From a virus, in IMG/VR virus record IMGVR_UViG_3300025147_000004: a stretch of 64,000 nucleotides of DNA, one strand, 5' to 3'. The notes under the pieces are model-generated. The model did not search any database. It saw only the letters and a program-made list of their open reading frames with translations, and was not told the DNA's origin. Positions 1 to 9,369 of this stretch are shown here, piece by piece (the stretch's first letter is position 1; every line of letters begins with the position of its first letter). The position numbers and the translations under genes were made by a program.

Positions 1-287
1 AATTTATTGAAGGCGGATATACCTACCAAGGAACGGGCTTCGACATGCTCTCTACGTCTGCAAGAATGGATTTGAGCGATAAGTTATCGGCTCTATTTCC
101 TTCTGATTTCGACATTGATTTAATTGACAGGGCAGAGAGTCTTGGAAGAAAGAATCTGATCAACTTAGGGGAGATCGCCGCGAAAGGGAAGAGGACGATC
201 ATTGCTACTGTTGTATCGGATGAGTTGTCTATTGACGATGCAAATATTGGGGTATTTAAAGTAGAGGACGGCAATGTCATCTCCTGA
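1..287 (+). CDS. 3' end of a gene starting left of the window (function unknown)
   Basis: The frame of ORF 45..287 stays open back to base 3 (FIEGGYTYQGTGFD precedes the first Met). The stop is at 285-287 and overlaps the next gene. Confidence 0.5.
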   Translation, partial: FIEGGYTYQGTGFDMLSTSARMDLSDKLSALFPSDFDIDLIDRAESLGRKNLINLGEIAAKGKRTIIATVVSDELSIDDANIGVFKVEDGNVIS

Positions 288-687
288 AGCGGTTCTCCAG
301 AGCCGTATAGTCATAAAGTTCTCCCAATATTATCAGGGAGAACACGGCTATCTGATCGGATATATGGCGAATAGCGACAATGTAGTCAAGGGGATGATAA
401 ATAATTCCCTTGGTTTAGCGAAGAATGCTTCCGATCTGTTTTGGGTAAAGAATGGGGAATTGACCGGAATAGAACTGAAGGTGGCCGGATCTCGTCATAA
501 CAGAATCCATCTAATCGGCCAAGCTGAGTGGCTATTAAGAGTGCCGAAAGCGGGGTGGTTTTGCGACAGTGAGGAAATGTTCTTCTCGATTATTAATGGT
601 GAAAAAGGGTTAGATCCTGCACGAATATTGGAAAATTGTTTAAAACTAAAAACAGTCAGTGTAAGCTGGGAGGAGGCAAAGAGATGA
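274..687 (+). CDS. PD-(D/E)xK nuclease, VRR-NUC-like
   Basis: 137 aa. The SDLFWV...GIELKV...GQAEW layout matches the D...ExK...Q pattern of VRR-NUC nucleases. Recognised from memory only. Confidence 0.5.
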   Translation: MSSPEAVLQSRIVIKFSQYYQGEHGYLIGYMANSDNVVKGMINNSLGLAKNASDLFWVKNGELTGIELKVAGSRHNRIHLIGQAEWLLRVPKAGWFCDSEEMFFSIINGEKGLDPARILENCLKLKTVSVSWEEAKR

Positions 688-920
688 AATTAGCAATAGG
701 CAAAGAAGTACGTTACGTAGAAACTAGTTCATCTGCGCTCGTTAAACGTAGCGTAAGTGAGTGTTATGACGAGTTTTTGAAGGATAAAAAATGGATTCGG
801 GATTGCATATTTAAGTCCATTGAGGATAAAGGTTTAATTAAATATAGCATGGTAGATAACGTATTGTATGGAGAACTTAATTTAGGGGAGGAGGTGACAA
901 ATGAAATACGACCTGCGTAA
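684..920 (+). CDS. hypothetical protein
   Basis: The ATG at 684 overlaps the upstream stop (ATGA coupling). 78 aa. Confidence 0.45.
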   Translation: MKLAIGKEVRYVETSSSALVKRSVSECYDEFLKDKKWIRDCIFKSIEDKGLIKYSMVDNVLYGELNLGEEVTNEIRPA

Positions 921-1176
921 TCCAGCCACAGTAGAGCTAATCATAAACAAGATGCTCTCGAAGCATAATGTCGATATGAAATACGTTATAGCCCATCCGA
1001 TTGTTGACGGAATGGATTGGTTCCAGTACTACACGTGGAGCTATTTGGAATCGCAAGAATTCCGGTCGTGGCTAATCACGTTTGCTAGAACTGAGTGTTC
1101 AGGGAGAATGAGTAAGGCGTTTGCCGAGAAATATTACAGAGAATTTGATGATATGTGGGGCTTAAAAATAGAATAA
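901..1176 (+). CDS. hypothetical protein
   Basis: 91-aa ORF, tightly packed on the same strand. Confidence 0.5.
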   Translation: MKYDLRNPATVELIINKMLSKHNVDMKYVIAHPIVDGMDWFQYYTWSYLESQEFRSWLITFARTECSGRMSKAFAEKYYREFDDMWGLKIE

Positions 1177-1177
1177 T

Positions 1178-1405
1178 ATGAAAACATACATAATTGATTA
1201 TCGCGTATTTACAAAAGACAGAGGCATTTATCACCCTCCGAAAATAAAAGTAAAAAATTGCTACACAGAGTTACAGGCGGAAATGAAGCTCGAAAAGAAA
1301 GTTGAGCGTGATTATAAGGGATTCGTCAGAATGGAAGTTGTTAGTTGTGATGAGGATTTTATGGGAGGGTTTGGAATTTTTAACGACATATTTGGAGGAA
1401 GATGA
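1178..1405 (+). CDS. hypothetical protein
   Basis: 75-aa ORF that starts 2 nt after the upstream stop. Confidence 0.5.
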   Translation: MKTYIIDYRVFTKDRGIYHPPKIKVKNCYTELQAEMKLEKKVERDYKGFVRMEVVSCDEDFMGGFGIFNDIFGGR

Positions 1406-1959
1406 GTAAAACCATATTAGTAATAGACATAGAAACTACCGAAAAAACTCCACAAACCGGAAAGATCGTAGAGATTGGAGTAGTATCGCTTGATTTGGAA
1501 ACTGGCAATATAATTGAATTGTTCGATTCGCTTTTGAAGGAGGATGGATTGAAAGCTAAAGACAGAGATGCGTGGATATTCTCTAACAGCGACTTGACGG
1601 TAGAAGAAGTTATAAATGCTCCACCAGCAGCAGAGGTATTTGCTCAGTTGCAGGCGTTATTGGATTTGTATCCGTTGGGTTGTACCGCATTTAATCGCCC
1701 CTTCGATATTGGTTTTTTGGAGAGTCGGGGCATTAAATTCTCTCGAAACCTTCAGGATCCGATGATTCTCGCAACGAATATTTGCAAACTACCAAGTCCT
1801 TATAGGAAAGGTACTTACAAATGGCCAAAGGTTCAGGAAGCCTATGATTTCTTCTTTCCGAACAGTGGATATATAGAAGAGCATCGGGGACTTAGTGATG
1901 CAAAAAGGGAGGCTCAGCTCGTTTATGAATTATATAAAATGGGATTATTCAAGATTTAA
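1402..1959 (+). CDS. DEDDh 3'-5' exonuclease (DnaQ/epsilon-like)
   Basis: ILVIDIETTE is the ExoI DxE motif, and HRGLSDAKREAQLVYEL is the ExoIII HxxxxD motif. 185 aa. Confidence 0.75.
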   Translation: MSKTILVIDIETTEKTPQTGKIVEIGVVSLDLETGNIIELFDSLLKEDGLKAKDRDAWIFSNSDLTVEEVINAPPAAEVFAQLQALLDLYPLGCTAFNRPFDIGFLESRGIKFSRNLQDPMILATNICKLPSPYRKGTYKWPKVQEAYDFFFPNSGYIEEHRGLSDAKREAQLVYELYKMGLFKI

Positions 1960-1971
1960 TAATAAAAACAA

Positions 1972-2175
1972 ATGGAACTACTAAAATTTATTCTTAGTGA
2001 TTTTTGGGTATTTATTGGGGCTTTTGCTTTACTAAGTATTTCGCTGCATTATCCTACAAATCTAATATTACAAATAATTCATAAATTAATCAGAGCCAGA
2101 ACTATACGTAAGGTTGGCTATCCTCCGATTTATTGTGATGGAGATGGTGATTTTCGGAGTGTTCAAAAGAATTAA
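1972..2175 (+). CDS. small membrane protein
   Basis: 67 aa with an N-terminal hydrophobic stretch (FWVFIGAFALLSISL). Confidence 0.4.
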   Translation: MELLKFILSDFWVFIGAFALLSISLHYPTNLILQIIHKLIRARTIRKVGYPPIYCDGDGDFRSVQKN

Positions 2176-2205
2176 CAACTTTTAACACAATGTCTATTGT
2201 ATATC

Positions 2206-2226
2206 CGTATAAATGTATTATATTTG
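2206..2226 (+). promoter_or_regulatory. Bacteroidota-type promoter of the conserved phage family (ATAAATGTATTATATTTG)
   Basis: The -7 box TATATTTG lies at 2219-2226, 22 nt before the ATG at 2249. The extended sequence matches five other copies in the window. Confidence 0.5.
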
Positions 2227-2248
2227 CACTGTACTAAAAACAAAGAAA

Positions 2249-3319
2249 ATGATCTCAGCTTATACAATGCAATTCGAGTCTACAAACACGGGCAAACTTA
2301 AATGCTCGTTGTTTTTCAATAATAAATATCAGCAAAGTAAAACGTTCCCGATATACGTCACTAAGGAGGACTTAAGAAACCCTCCAATAGGACTGGAAAA
2401 CATGCTTATGGGGATTAAGAGCAAATGGAATGAGCTTGTGATTGATCATGAGATTACTGGCAGGTCTCCCATATCGAGAATGTTTCAGAGTAAATACGCC
2501 GAAACTAAAACGCCATTTGCCTTTTTCTCTGATCTATTCGATTACAGATTGAAGAAGTGGATGAATTTTATCGACAAAGATTTATCGTGGGGGGACATAA
2601 CAGATTCGCTTATCAATGACTACCACACCTATTTGGAAACGGAAGATGTTGCCAATAGCACGATCAGATCATATCTCCAAGGGCTGAAGAAATCGTTGGA
2701 TGATGCAAAACTTCGCGGATATAGGATTGCCTCCTCCAACTACGCCAGCCTCTGCAAAGCCTCCGCAAGCACATCTATCTCGATTTTTCTCACCATGTCT
2801 GAGTTGCGATTGATCGAGGAAGTTGAGTTGCCCGAAAAGTGGGATGCGGTACGAGTGAAGTTCCTTATCGGAGCGTATACGGGAGCAAGGTATTCTGACT
2901 TCTCGAAACTAACAACTGCTGATATTTCTTCTGGAGAATTGCGGTACGTGGCGGAGAAAACAGGTGCGCTTTCGTATGTTCCGGTTCATTCGAAACTGCC
3001 AGAACTATTGGCAAAATATAGCGACAGTGTCAGTAACGCTCAGATGAATATCATTCTTCCCAAAATAGGAGAAAAGGCAGGAATCAACACGGTCGTAACG
3101 GTAATGCGTGGAGATGAAAAGGAAACGGGCGAGAAGTGGAATTACATCAAGTCGCATACAGCTCGTAGGACGTTTGCTACCAACTTGTATATTTCTGGCT
3201 GTAATATTTTGGATGTGTCGAGGATGCTAGGCCACGCCTCGGTTGTGACGACCCAGAAGTACATAGCTACGGGTGTGAATAACAGCAAGTTAAAGGAATT
3301 GAGTTTTTTCAACAATTAA
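2249..3319 (+). CDS. int: tyrosine recombinase / phage integrase
   Basis: Catalytic-domain motifs are present: GARYSDF (Arg), HTARRTFAT (HxxR) and LGHASVVTTQKY (His...Tyr). The start was moved to Met13 because the annotated start lies upstream of the -7 box. Confidence 0.85.
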   Translation: MISAYTMQFESTNTGKLKCSLFFNNKYQQSKTFPIYVTKEDLRNPPIGLENMLMGIKSKWNELVIDHEITGRSPISRMFQSKYAETKTPFAFFSDLFDYRLKKWMNFIDKDLSWGDITDSLINDYHTYLETEDVANSTIRSYLQGLKKSLDDAKLRGYRIASSNYASLCKASASTSISIFLTMSELRLIEEVELPEKWDAVRVKFLIGAYTGARYSDFSKLTTADISSGELRYVAEKTGALSYVPVHSKLPELLAKYSDSVSNAQMNIILPKIGEKAGINTVVTVMRGDEKETGEKWNYIKSHTARRTFATNLYISGCNILDVSRMLGHASVVTTQKYIATGVNNSKLKELSFFNN

Positions 3320-3331
3320 TAAATAAACAAA

Positions 3332-4150
3332 ATGGGAAAAAAGAAGAGAGAAGCCGCTCTGATCGCAGAGGCTAAAGAAAAAGGATTTTTTGATTATCCG
3401 CATCGGTGGGATAACATGACAAAGGCAAGCCCAATCTGCACTGCGTTAAAGTATCATAAGAATGATGGTGTTGCGTACTTGTATAACAAGATGGATGGAA
3501 ATATCATCTGGTGGTCAGATAAGGGATGGGCAACCGTAATCAAACCTGCGAAATCGGAACAAGACCTTATAATTGAAGAAGCTACAAAGAGGGGCTTCGT
3601 AATGGGGGCGGTACATACAGGGCAATCAGGCAGCGGAAGATATGAAATAACAGAACCGCTACGTGTTGTTTTTGGGAAACTGTACGGATCAGAAAAAGGC
3701 TGCATCTATTCGGATGGGTGTTGGGCAAAACTAATTAAAGAAGAGAAGCCGTTATTAATCATGGATGACGATGTTCCGTTATTTGACAATCAGGATTTTT
3801 ATCTGGTTCCAATAGCTCAACCCATTTGTTCAGACCATAAATTATTTGGGATATATAAAACAAGGTTTGAGGGTGACTTCGGGGATGGAAAACCAAGTAT
3901 TAGCTATAAACGCTTCTCCACAAAACAAGCCGCCCAAGATTGGATTGAGAGGCAGAAGGCGAAACCAAAAGACGACAGCACAAACTTCATCTTGGCTTGT
4001 AAATTTGCGAGGACTAAATTTGTGGTGGAGTATTGGGAATTATTCGGAGACGACAAAAATGCGCGAGTATGGTCGGAAAATATCCTGATCATGTACGACC
4101 AATTAGTAGATAGGCTTAGTAAATTAACAATAAATAAAACAGTAGAATGA
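3332..4150 (+). CDS. hypothetical protein
   Basis: 272-aa ORF with no recognised motif. Confidence 0.55.
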   Translation: MGKKKREAALIAEAKEKGFFDYPHRWDNMTKASPICTALKYHKNDGVAYLYNKMDGNIIWWSDKGWATVIKPAKSEQDLIIEEATKRGFVMGAVHTGQSGSGRYEITEPLRVVFGKLYGSEKGCIYSDGCWAKLIKEEKPLLIMDDDVPLFDNQDFYLVPIAQPICSDHKLFGIYKTRFEGDFGDGKPSISYKRFSTKQAAQDWIERQKAKPKDDSTNFILACKFARTKFVVEYWELFGDDKNARVWSENILIMYDQLVDRLSKLTINKTVE

Positions 4151-4623
4151 ACACATTTTTCCAGACCACAGCAAAATTCGTCCGTATGGATGAGAATGGC
4201 AAAGAGTGTAAAATAACCGAGTCATACTTGGTTCCTGCGATCATTTTCGCAGAGGCTGAAACCAGAATCCATAAAGAGCTATCCGAGACAGTCCAAGGCG
4301 AGTTCTTAGTAACCAAAATCGCCAAATCAAACCTGAGCGAAGTGATTTCATCAGATGAGGGCGACCGCTACTATCGCGGCAAGATCCGGTTTGTTTTGCT
4401 CGACGAAAATACGGGTAAATCTAAGCGCATCACTCAGCCTGTATTGGTTATGGCTGATTCGGTTAAGGATGCTGAGGCTAAAATTGCCGAGGCTTATAGG
4501 GATACGACGTTGGGGGTCGATATAGTTGGGGTGCAGGAGAGTAATATCGTGGAGGTGTTCAGAGAAGAGAAGCCGTTCCTAAAATTAGACGAAAATGGCA
4601 GTGTAACATCAGATAGTATTTAA
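4147..4623 (+). CDS. DUF4494-like protein
   Basis: The N-terminus MNTFFQTTAKFVRMDENGKECKITESYLVPAIIFAEAETRI resembles the Bacteroidota DUF4494 family as I recall it. The start overlaps the upstream stop (ATGA). Confidence 0.45.
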   Translation: MNTFFQTTAKFVRMDENGKECKITESYLVPAIIFAEAETRIHKELSETVQGEFLVTKIAKSNLSEVISSDEGDRYYRGKIRFVLLDENTGKSKRITQPVLVMADSVKDAEAKIAEAYRDTTLGVDIVGVQESNIVEVFREEKPFLKLDENGSVTSDSI

Positions 4624-4634
4624 TTAAATAGAAT

Positions 4635-4662
4635 CCCCCATTACCATCACGGTTTTGGGGGG
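4635..4662. terminator. hairpin between convergent transcription units (possible bidirectional terminator)
   Basis: CCCCC (4635-4639) pairs with the G-run at 4657-4662, and both sides are T/A-rich. The loop is long (about 15 nt), so this is a weak call. Confidence 0.35.
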
Positions 4663-4665
4663 TTC

Positions 4666-4803
4666 TTATCTCTTATAATCTTTTCTCGTTAGATATGTAA
4701 AACAAACCGTTAATAAAATAGCCGCCACAGAAACAATAATTGTCTCATAAAACATTGGACATATAATCAATGCCATACATGATATTTCGACCGTCGCTCT
4801 CAT
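4666..4803 (-). CDS. unannotated 45-aa hydrophobic peptide (holin/antiholin-like candidate)
   Basis: Hand translation gives MRATVEISCMALIICPMFYETIIVSVAAILLTVCFTYLTRKDYKR, which is hydrophobic with a basic tail. A TATATTTG box (4808-4815) lies 4 nt upstream and the hairpin at 4635-4662 lies downstream. It is below the 60-aa cutoff of the ORF track. Confidence 0.3.
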   Translation of the reverse strand: MRATVEISCMALIICPMFYETIIVSVAAILLTVCFTYLTRKDYKR

Positions 4804-4873
4804 TATGCAAATATAACACGAACTTAACGCATTTGTTTACACAATCCTATTAAAAATTTGCAAAATTCACACC

Positions 4874-5491
4874 CTATTTTTTAATTATATAGGTAGCATT
4901 TATCTTGTTTGTACTTATAGCTGGATTACTATTTCTGACAAGTATCTTAACAACAGTATGCCTGCGCTGCATCCATCGCCATAAAAAGAATTGTTTAGGT
5001 GGTAATATCGTCTCTCTCTTGTCGGCTATATCCAAATCTTGTCTATTTGTTAGGAATGGATTGCACCAAGCCGAGTCTGATTCAACCCCAACCTTTACGA
5101 TAAATTCCGGGTTGAATGTGAAGGTATAAATAGAATCCTTCGCATTTCTAACAACTTTCAAAAATGTATCAATCTTAGTTTCGATAGTTGCTGTAGCCAA
5201 TAAATTCTTTAGCTTTAAATCTCCAGCTTTGAGTCGTTGTTTCAGATCATTCACTTCGGAAGCATTACCCAAGACGATGTTCTTAATTGAGGATTGGAGG
5301 ATGTACTTCTGACTTGTTTCTCTGCCAAGCTTGTCTTTTGTGACTACAAGCTCATCGGTATATGCTTTTACGTTTCCTTGGGCAACTTTTACTTCCTGAG
5401 CCTTTTTTGTGAAAGCCTGAAACGTTACGATCTCTGCGGCTATCAGAAGGACTATAAGGATAATCGCTATTACTAATGGGGATAGTTTCAT
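4874..5491 (-). CDS. N-terminally membrane-anchored protein, possible lysis accessory (spanin-like)
   Basis: 205 aa with the TM segment LSPLVIAIILIVLLIAAEIV. It is the last gene of the endolysin operon. Confidence 0.4.
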   Translation of the reverse strand: MKLSPLVIAIILIVLLIAAEIVTFQAFTKKAQEVKVAQGNVKAYTDELVVTKDKLGRETSQKYILQSSIKNIVLGNASEVNDLKQRLKAGDLKLKNLLATATIETKIDTFLKVVRNAKDSIYTFTFNPEFIVKVGVESDSAWCNPFLTNRQDLDIADKRETILPPKQFFLWRWMQRRHTVVKILVRNSNPAISTNKINATYIIKK

Positions 5492-5721
5492 ATTATATTA
5501 TTTATGGTACTGCAAGTAGTGTAGGGTGTTGGATATATTTCTGTCATTGGATTTTTAAGTACGTGGATTTCCGGCATGGGTTGTGCGGCAATAATAGGAG
5601 TTAAACATATCCGATCAAGCACGTTGTTAGATTCAATCAGCATCATTATAAGTTGCTTCTTTGAAAGTTTATTATACATTTCAACTTTCTCCTCATGGGT
5701 TTGCTGTATTATCTGTATCAT
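5488..5721 (-). CDS. hypothetical protein (lysis cluster)
   Basis: 77 aa, with 4-nt overlaps to both neighbouring genes. Confidence 0.45.
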   Translation of the reverse strand: MIQIIQQTHEEKVEMYNKLSKKQLIMMLIESNNVLDRICLTPIIAAQPMPEIHVLKNPMTEIYPTPYTTCSTINNII

Positions 5722-6242
5722 ATGTTATATTTTTCAGCCCTATCGAGATACATTTCTCTTTGGGAAAGTCCTGTCGTTCCTCCGTTAATTTTCTTTGTGA
5801 TTCGCAGTATATCATCTGCATCTGCCCAGATATTCAGCCCTCTGCTATTCCAAAACCAACAAGCACTAAGCACCGCGTATTTAGGTGTTGACAATAATTC
5901 AGGCTTCGATACGAAATCAATTCCAAGAGCTTTTGTAATCGCTGCATAATTAGCGCGTCCGGTTAATTGAATCAATCCTCTGCCCTTAAATTTAATACCA
6001 TCTCCAACTTCCGTATTTCCTAAATCTTTTCTACCCTCGTAAGCCGCGCCCGATGCGATTTCTTCCATATATCTGAACTCGCCAGATTCATGCGCAAGCT
6101 GTGCAATGAAATGATTTTGCCTCAGTCGGGTATTGATAGCATATTTTTTCATGCCTTCCAACAGAAACGGAAGCATAGCGTCAAGCCTACCGTTATGGTT
6201 GGCGTTGGGCATAATTTTTAGAAGTGTTTCTTTTGTAATCAT
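5718..6242 (-). CDS. endolysin, GH19/COG3179 chitinase-like
   Basis: HFIAQLAHESGEFRYMEE...KGRGLIQLTGRANY is the classic GH19-type phage lysin signature. The start was set to Met20 (MITKETLL) to avoid an overlap with the upstream gene. Confidence 0.8.
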   Translation of the reverse strand: MITKETLLKIMPNANHNGRLDAMLPFLLEGMKKYAINTRLRQNHFIAQLAHESGEFRYMEEIASGAAYEGRKDLGNTEVGDGIKFKGRGLIQLTGRANYAAITKALGIDFVSKPELLSTPKYAVLSACWFWNSRGLNIWADADDILRITKKINGGTTGLSQREMYLDRAEKYNI

Positions 6243-6271
6243 GCGATAAAGATAAGTATAATATTCGACAT

Positions 6272-7822
6272 TTACAAACTCCACCCCTTTAGGCTCCAAA
6301 TCTGAATAAATATCGTGTCTGTGTCTGCTCCAGTTGTAAAATTAAATTCATTTCCAGTAATGGATGCAGTCACAACTGATGAAGGAGATCCTCCGCAGTA
6401 TATAACTGGTCTGTAATCTGTCGCCCCAGATATTGCTGTTTTAGTTTGCAGGTTGTGAACTATTTTATATAACCCTGTCGAAATCTTAGATAATGTAAAA
6501 TCCGTTTTTGCGGTATATACTCTATGTCCAGTCCACTTCGATACCGTAGTCCCCGTGGCGTATATCCCAAGCAATAAATCCTGCGTCTTGCATCCGTTAT
6601 GCTCATGTATTCCTTCGGATTGTATAAATGGAATGTTTGCTTTGTCTTCAATTTTAAAGTATTTCTGTTGTCCAAAAATAGCCTGAAAACCACGACCTAT
6701 TTCTATCGAGCCTTTCCCTGATGTTAAGACTATGTGAGATGCGTTTTCTATGGCACACACAAACTCTGTACTATATTCACTAACATCATCTATTCGAATA
6801 TCTGTTTTTAGATGCTCATACTTAACATATATTGTGTTGCTCGATTTTGTTTGTATTTGTATGTTAATATCCTTGATTTCTAAATACTCCGTAAATGCAC
6901 TTGATGAATTCCCTGATATTACAATTGGGCTGCCACTGCCAAGCAATACCCCATCGCCATCCCATACACTGACCTGTATTTTAACCATAAGATTAGACAC
7001 AAAATCGGACTTAATCGCCTCCCTCATATATGTGCCAATCCTGAACATATTATATGTGCTGAAACTTATAATATATGAAGTACTGAGCGACAGAGCCGTA
7101 GATAGCGGAATACTAGATATACTCATGCCTGATGGTGACACATATAGAGTGCGTGAATTAGCTTCTGTATACGTATTAACGGCAGCAGGGACAACATCTA
7201 TATTTCCGCCCCCACTTAATGAACTAACTGGCGTCATGGGAATATCTCCAATAACCACAGCTTCTTTGCCCCCTTGCGATTGATCTCTAACCTTTATTTG
7301 TGGCAATCCATCAATAATCCCCATCTCTAATGATTCCGTAGAAAGCACTTCGTCAATAAGCTGAAAGCCTCCAATATATCCGGCGTATGCGAATATCCTA
7401 CCATCTCTTGTGACCACAAATGGGGCTTGTGTTCCTGTATTATTAGCGACCGTATTTACTGCTTCATCCAAGTTGCCTCCACCCCAAAATGTCGGAGTTG
7501 CCGGATTTATTCCAGCCCCATTTATTCCGGCCTTCTCCTCCCATAGTCCACTAACCTGTTTTGCGCCAACCTTAATTAAAGTGGTCGCTACAAGACCACC
7601 GTTTATAGTTGTGTCATTCTGCAACGCTTCGGCGATGTACGTAACGGCTCGTGGCACATCTTTAAAGCTGGGACGGAAAGGAGATACGCGATTTCCTTTT
7701 TCTAATTGAGGATCTATTGCTGGAAGATCGGCAATAGCCTTATCGTGTACGACTACTTTAAACTTTACCGCCCCGTCTGGAACGGTAAAAGTTTTTGGGT
7801 ATGAGTTAATTATTTCAGACAT
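6272..7822 (-). CDS. tail fibre / virion structural protein
   Basis: 516 aa, rich in beta-strand/Gly/Ser/Thr residues, and the last gene of the tail module. Confidence 0.45.
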   Translation of the reverse strand: MSEIINSYPKTFTVPDGAVKFKVVVHDKAIADLPAIDPQLEKGNRVSPFRPSFKDVPRAVTYIAEALQNDTTINGGLVATTLIKVGAKQVSGLWEEKAGINGAGINPATPTFWGGGNLDEAVNTVANNTGTQAPFVVTRDGRIFAYAGYIGGFQLIDEVLSTESLEMGIIDGLPQIKVRDQSQGGKEAVVIGDIPMTPVSSLSGGGNIDVVPAAVNTYTEANSRTLYVSPSGMSISSIPLSTALSLSTSYIISFSTYNMFRIGTYMREAIKSDFVSNLMVKIQVSVWDGDGVLLGSGSPIVISGNSSSAFTEYLEIKDINIQIQTKSSNTIYVKYEHLKTDIRIDDVSEYSTEFVCAIENASHIVLTSGKGSIEIGRGFQAIFGQQKYFKIEDKANIPFIQSEGIHEHNGCKTQDLLLGIYATGTTVSKWTGHRVYTAKTDFTLSKISTGLYKIVHNLQTKTAISGATDYRPVIYCGGSPSSVVTASITGNEFNFTTGADTDTIFIQIWSLKGWSL

Positions 7823-7824
7823 TG

Positions 7825-9369
7825 TTATAATATTGGATTACGTTTTTTAAGCTCACCAATAATCTCTTCTGCGATGCGTTTATGCCCTATTGCGTTGGGA
7901 TGTATTCCATCAATTAAGAAAGTACCCGAATTGGCTTCACTCCACCCACAATTGGCTTGAATATCAATAACGGGAAGACCTCTTCTCTTAGCTAATAACC
8001 TGCAAGCCTCTGAATAGTCGGTGCTTTTCAGTGCGACCAAATTTGTATTTCCTGTCCATCCCGTAGTCGTAGTGTTACCCTGCGGAGTGGTCATTATCAT
8101 TATCCTGTACAGAGGATTTCGCGCAAGTAGTTTATTTATTAATACGTTAAATGCCCCATAAAACTCATTGGTATTTACAGAGTCAATCAACCCAAGAACA
8201 GCACTTGCGCCCCAGTCGTTTGTGCCTCCCAAAATAGTGACTAATTTAGCACCAATCGGAATAGTTGAAACTCTCGCATCTTGCCAAAAAGCATCTGCGC
8301 CACTACCGGAAACGCGTGAGCTTGGAACGCCACAGTTGGTTTCAATTAACCCAAGTGCTGAAGCAACAAATGGTTGATATGTTCCGGCAGCAGTGATTGA
8401 ATCCCCCATCGCGCCCCACCCTTCATTTTGCCACATATTTATAGTAGTGGCTGGTGCGCCATTTTGGAGAATATTTACATTTGCTACGAGTTCTGCAACT
8501 ACATCGCGGGTATTTTCGACGTATGTATTAAGTGTTATTCCGCTTTGTCCTAAATTTTCAGTCAGGGCTATGTATGTAGCTCCGACGGGAACGGTTATTT
8601 TATCATCAACATCAAAGGCTACATCCGTACTTGATGTTTTACCGATTGAGACAACGGTGGTTAATGCTGAAGTGGCATAAAAAGCATATGCACTAACCAT
8701 CCCACCAGTCCGTCCTTTTACTTTATATTTTTGTCCTGCCGTAACTGCATATTTATTTATGTTAAACCCGGCCATTGGCCCAAGTATCTCGCCTGTTGTC
8801 GCTAAATAATATCCCGACAATACAGAGGTTGGCGAAACGACAGTATCCGTATCACCAAGCAATATGTTTTTATGGGACAGTATTTCCTCTTCTGCCGCGT
8901 CAATTTCATACGCTTCATTTAAAGCGTATTGCAGAATTGAAAAGTCATAAAATGGATGTTTTGTAATTGCGATATAATTTGCAGTTAATGGCGGGTCGAT
9001 CATGATACTAACTGGGTCTGTTAGTATGCTTGATTCTGTTATTTGCCCCACCGAGACTAGGCTTGTCAAATTTATATCTGTATAATAAGCATACAATGCA
9101 ATTAACCCCCTTGTTTTGCCTTTTAAAACAAACTTATTTACTCTGTCGACCGGATAAATTTTGACAGTGTACCCCTCTGAATTATAAATATCACCATTTG
9201 GGAAAATGTATTTTCCAACCAATGTAGATACAGGAGAATCCGGTTGATATGTTTTTGAGTAAGTATTATACTCTAATATTTTAGCATTATCGTTAAATGC
9301 CTGTTCAACCTGTAATCCTGTTGATCCAACTACTCCCACTCTTTCTGATGCTATTCTTTTAAGTGTCAT
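7825..9369 (-). CDS. tail-associated SGNH/GDSL esterase with duplicated N-terminal domain
   Basis: The C-terminal blocks are GDSIT, GGTNDW and DGIHPN. The N-terminal half has two paralogous ~110-aa units (KFVLKGKTRGLIALYAYY... and KYKVKGRTGGMVSAYAFY...). Confidence 0.7.
   Translation of the reverse strand: MTLKRIASERVGVVGSTGLQVEQAFNDNAKILEYNTYSKTYQPDSPVSTLVGKYIFPNGDIYNSEGYTVKIYPVDRVNKFVLKGKTRGLIALYAYYTDINLTSLVSVGQITESSILTDPVSIMIDPPLTANYIAITKHPFYDFSILQYALNEAYEIDAAEEEILSHKNILLGDTDTVVSPTSVLSGYYLATTGEILGPMAGFNINKYAVTAGQKYKVKGRTGGMVSAYAFYATSALTTVVSIGKTSSTDVAFDVDDKITVPVGATYIALTENLGQSGITLNTYVENTRDVVAELVANVNILQNGAPATTINMWQNEGWGAMGDSITAAGTYQPFVASALGLIETNCGVPSSRVSGSGADAFWQDARVSTIPIGAKLVTILGGTNDWGASAVLGLIDSVNTNEFYGAFNVLINKLLARNPLYRIMIMTTPQGNTTTTGWTGNTNLVALKSTDYSEACRLLAKRRGLPVIDIQANCGWSEANSGTFLIDGIHPNAIGHKRIAEEIIGELKKRNPIL

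Noticed and set aside
4624-4873. The non-coding stretch might be attP containing a tRNA 3' fragment.
   Set aside because: I could not find any T-arm or acceptor-like sequence on either strand. The region is better explained by a convergent terminator plus a small peptide gene and its promoter. It remains a candidate only by position.
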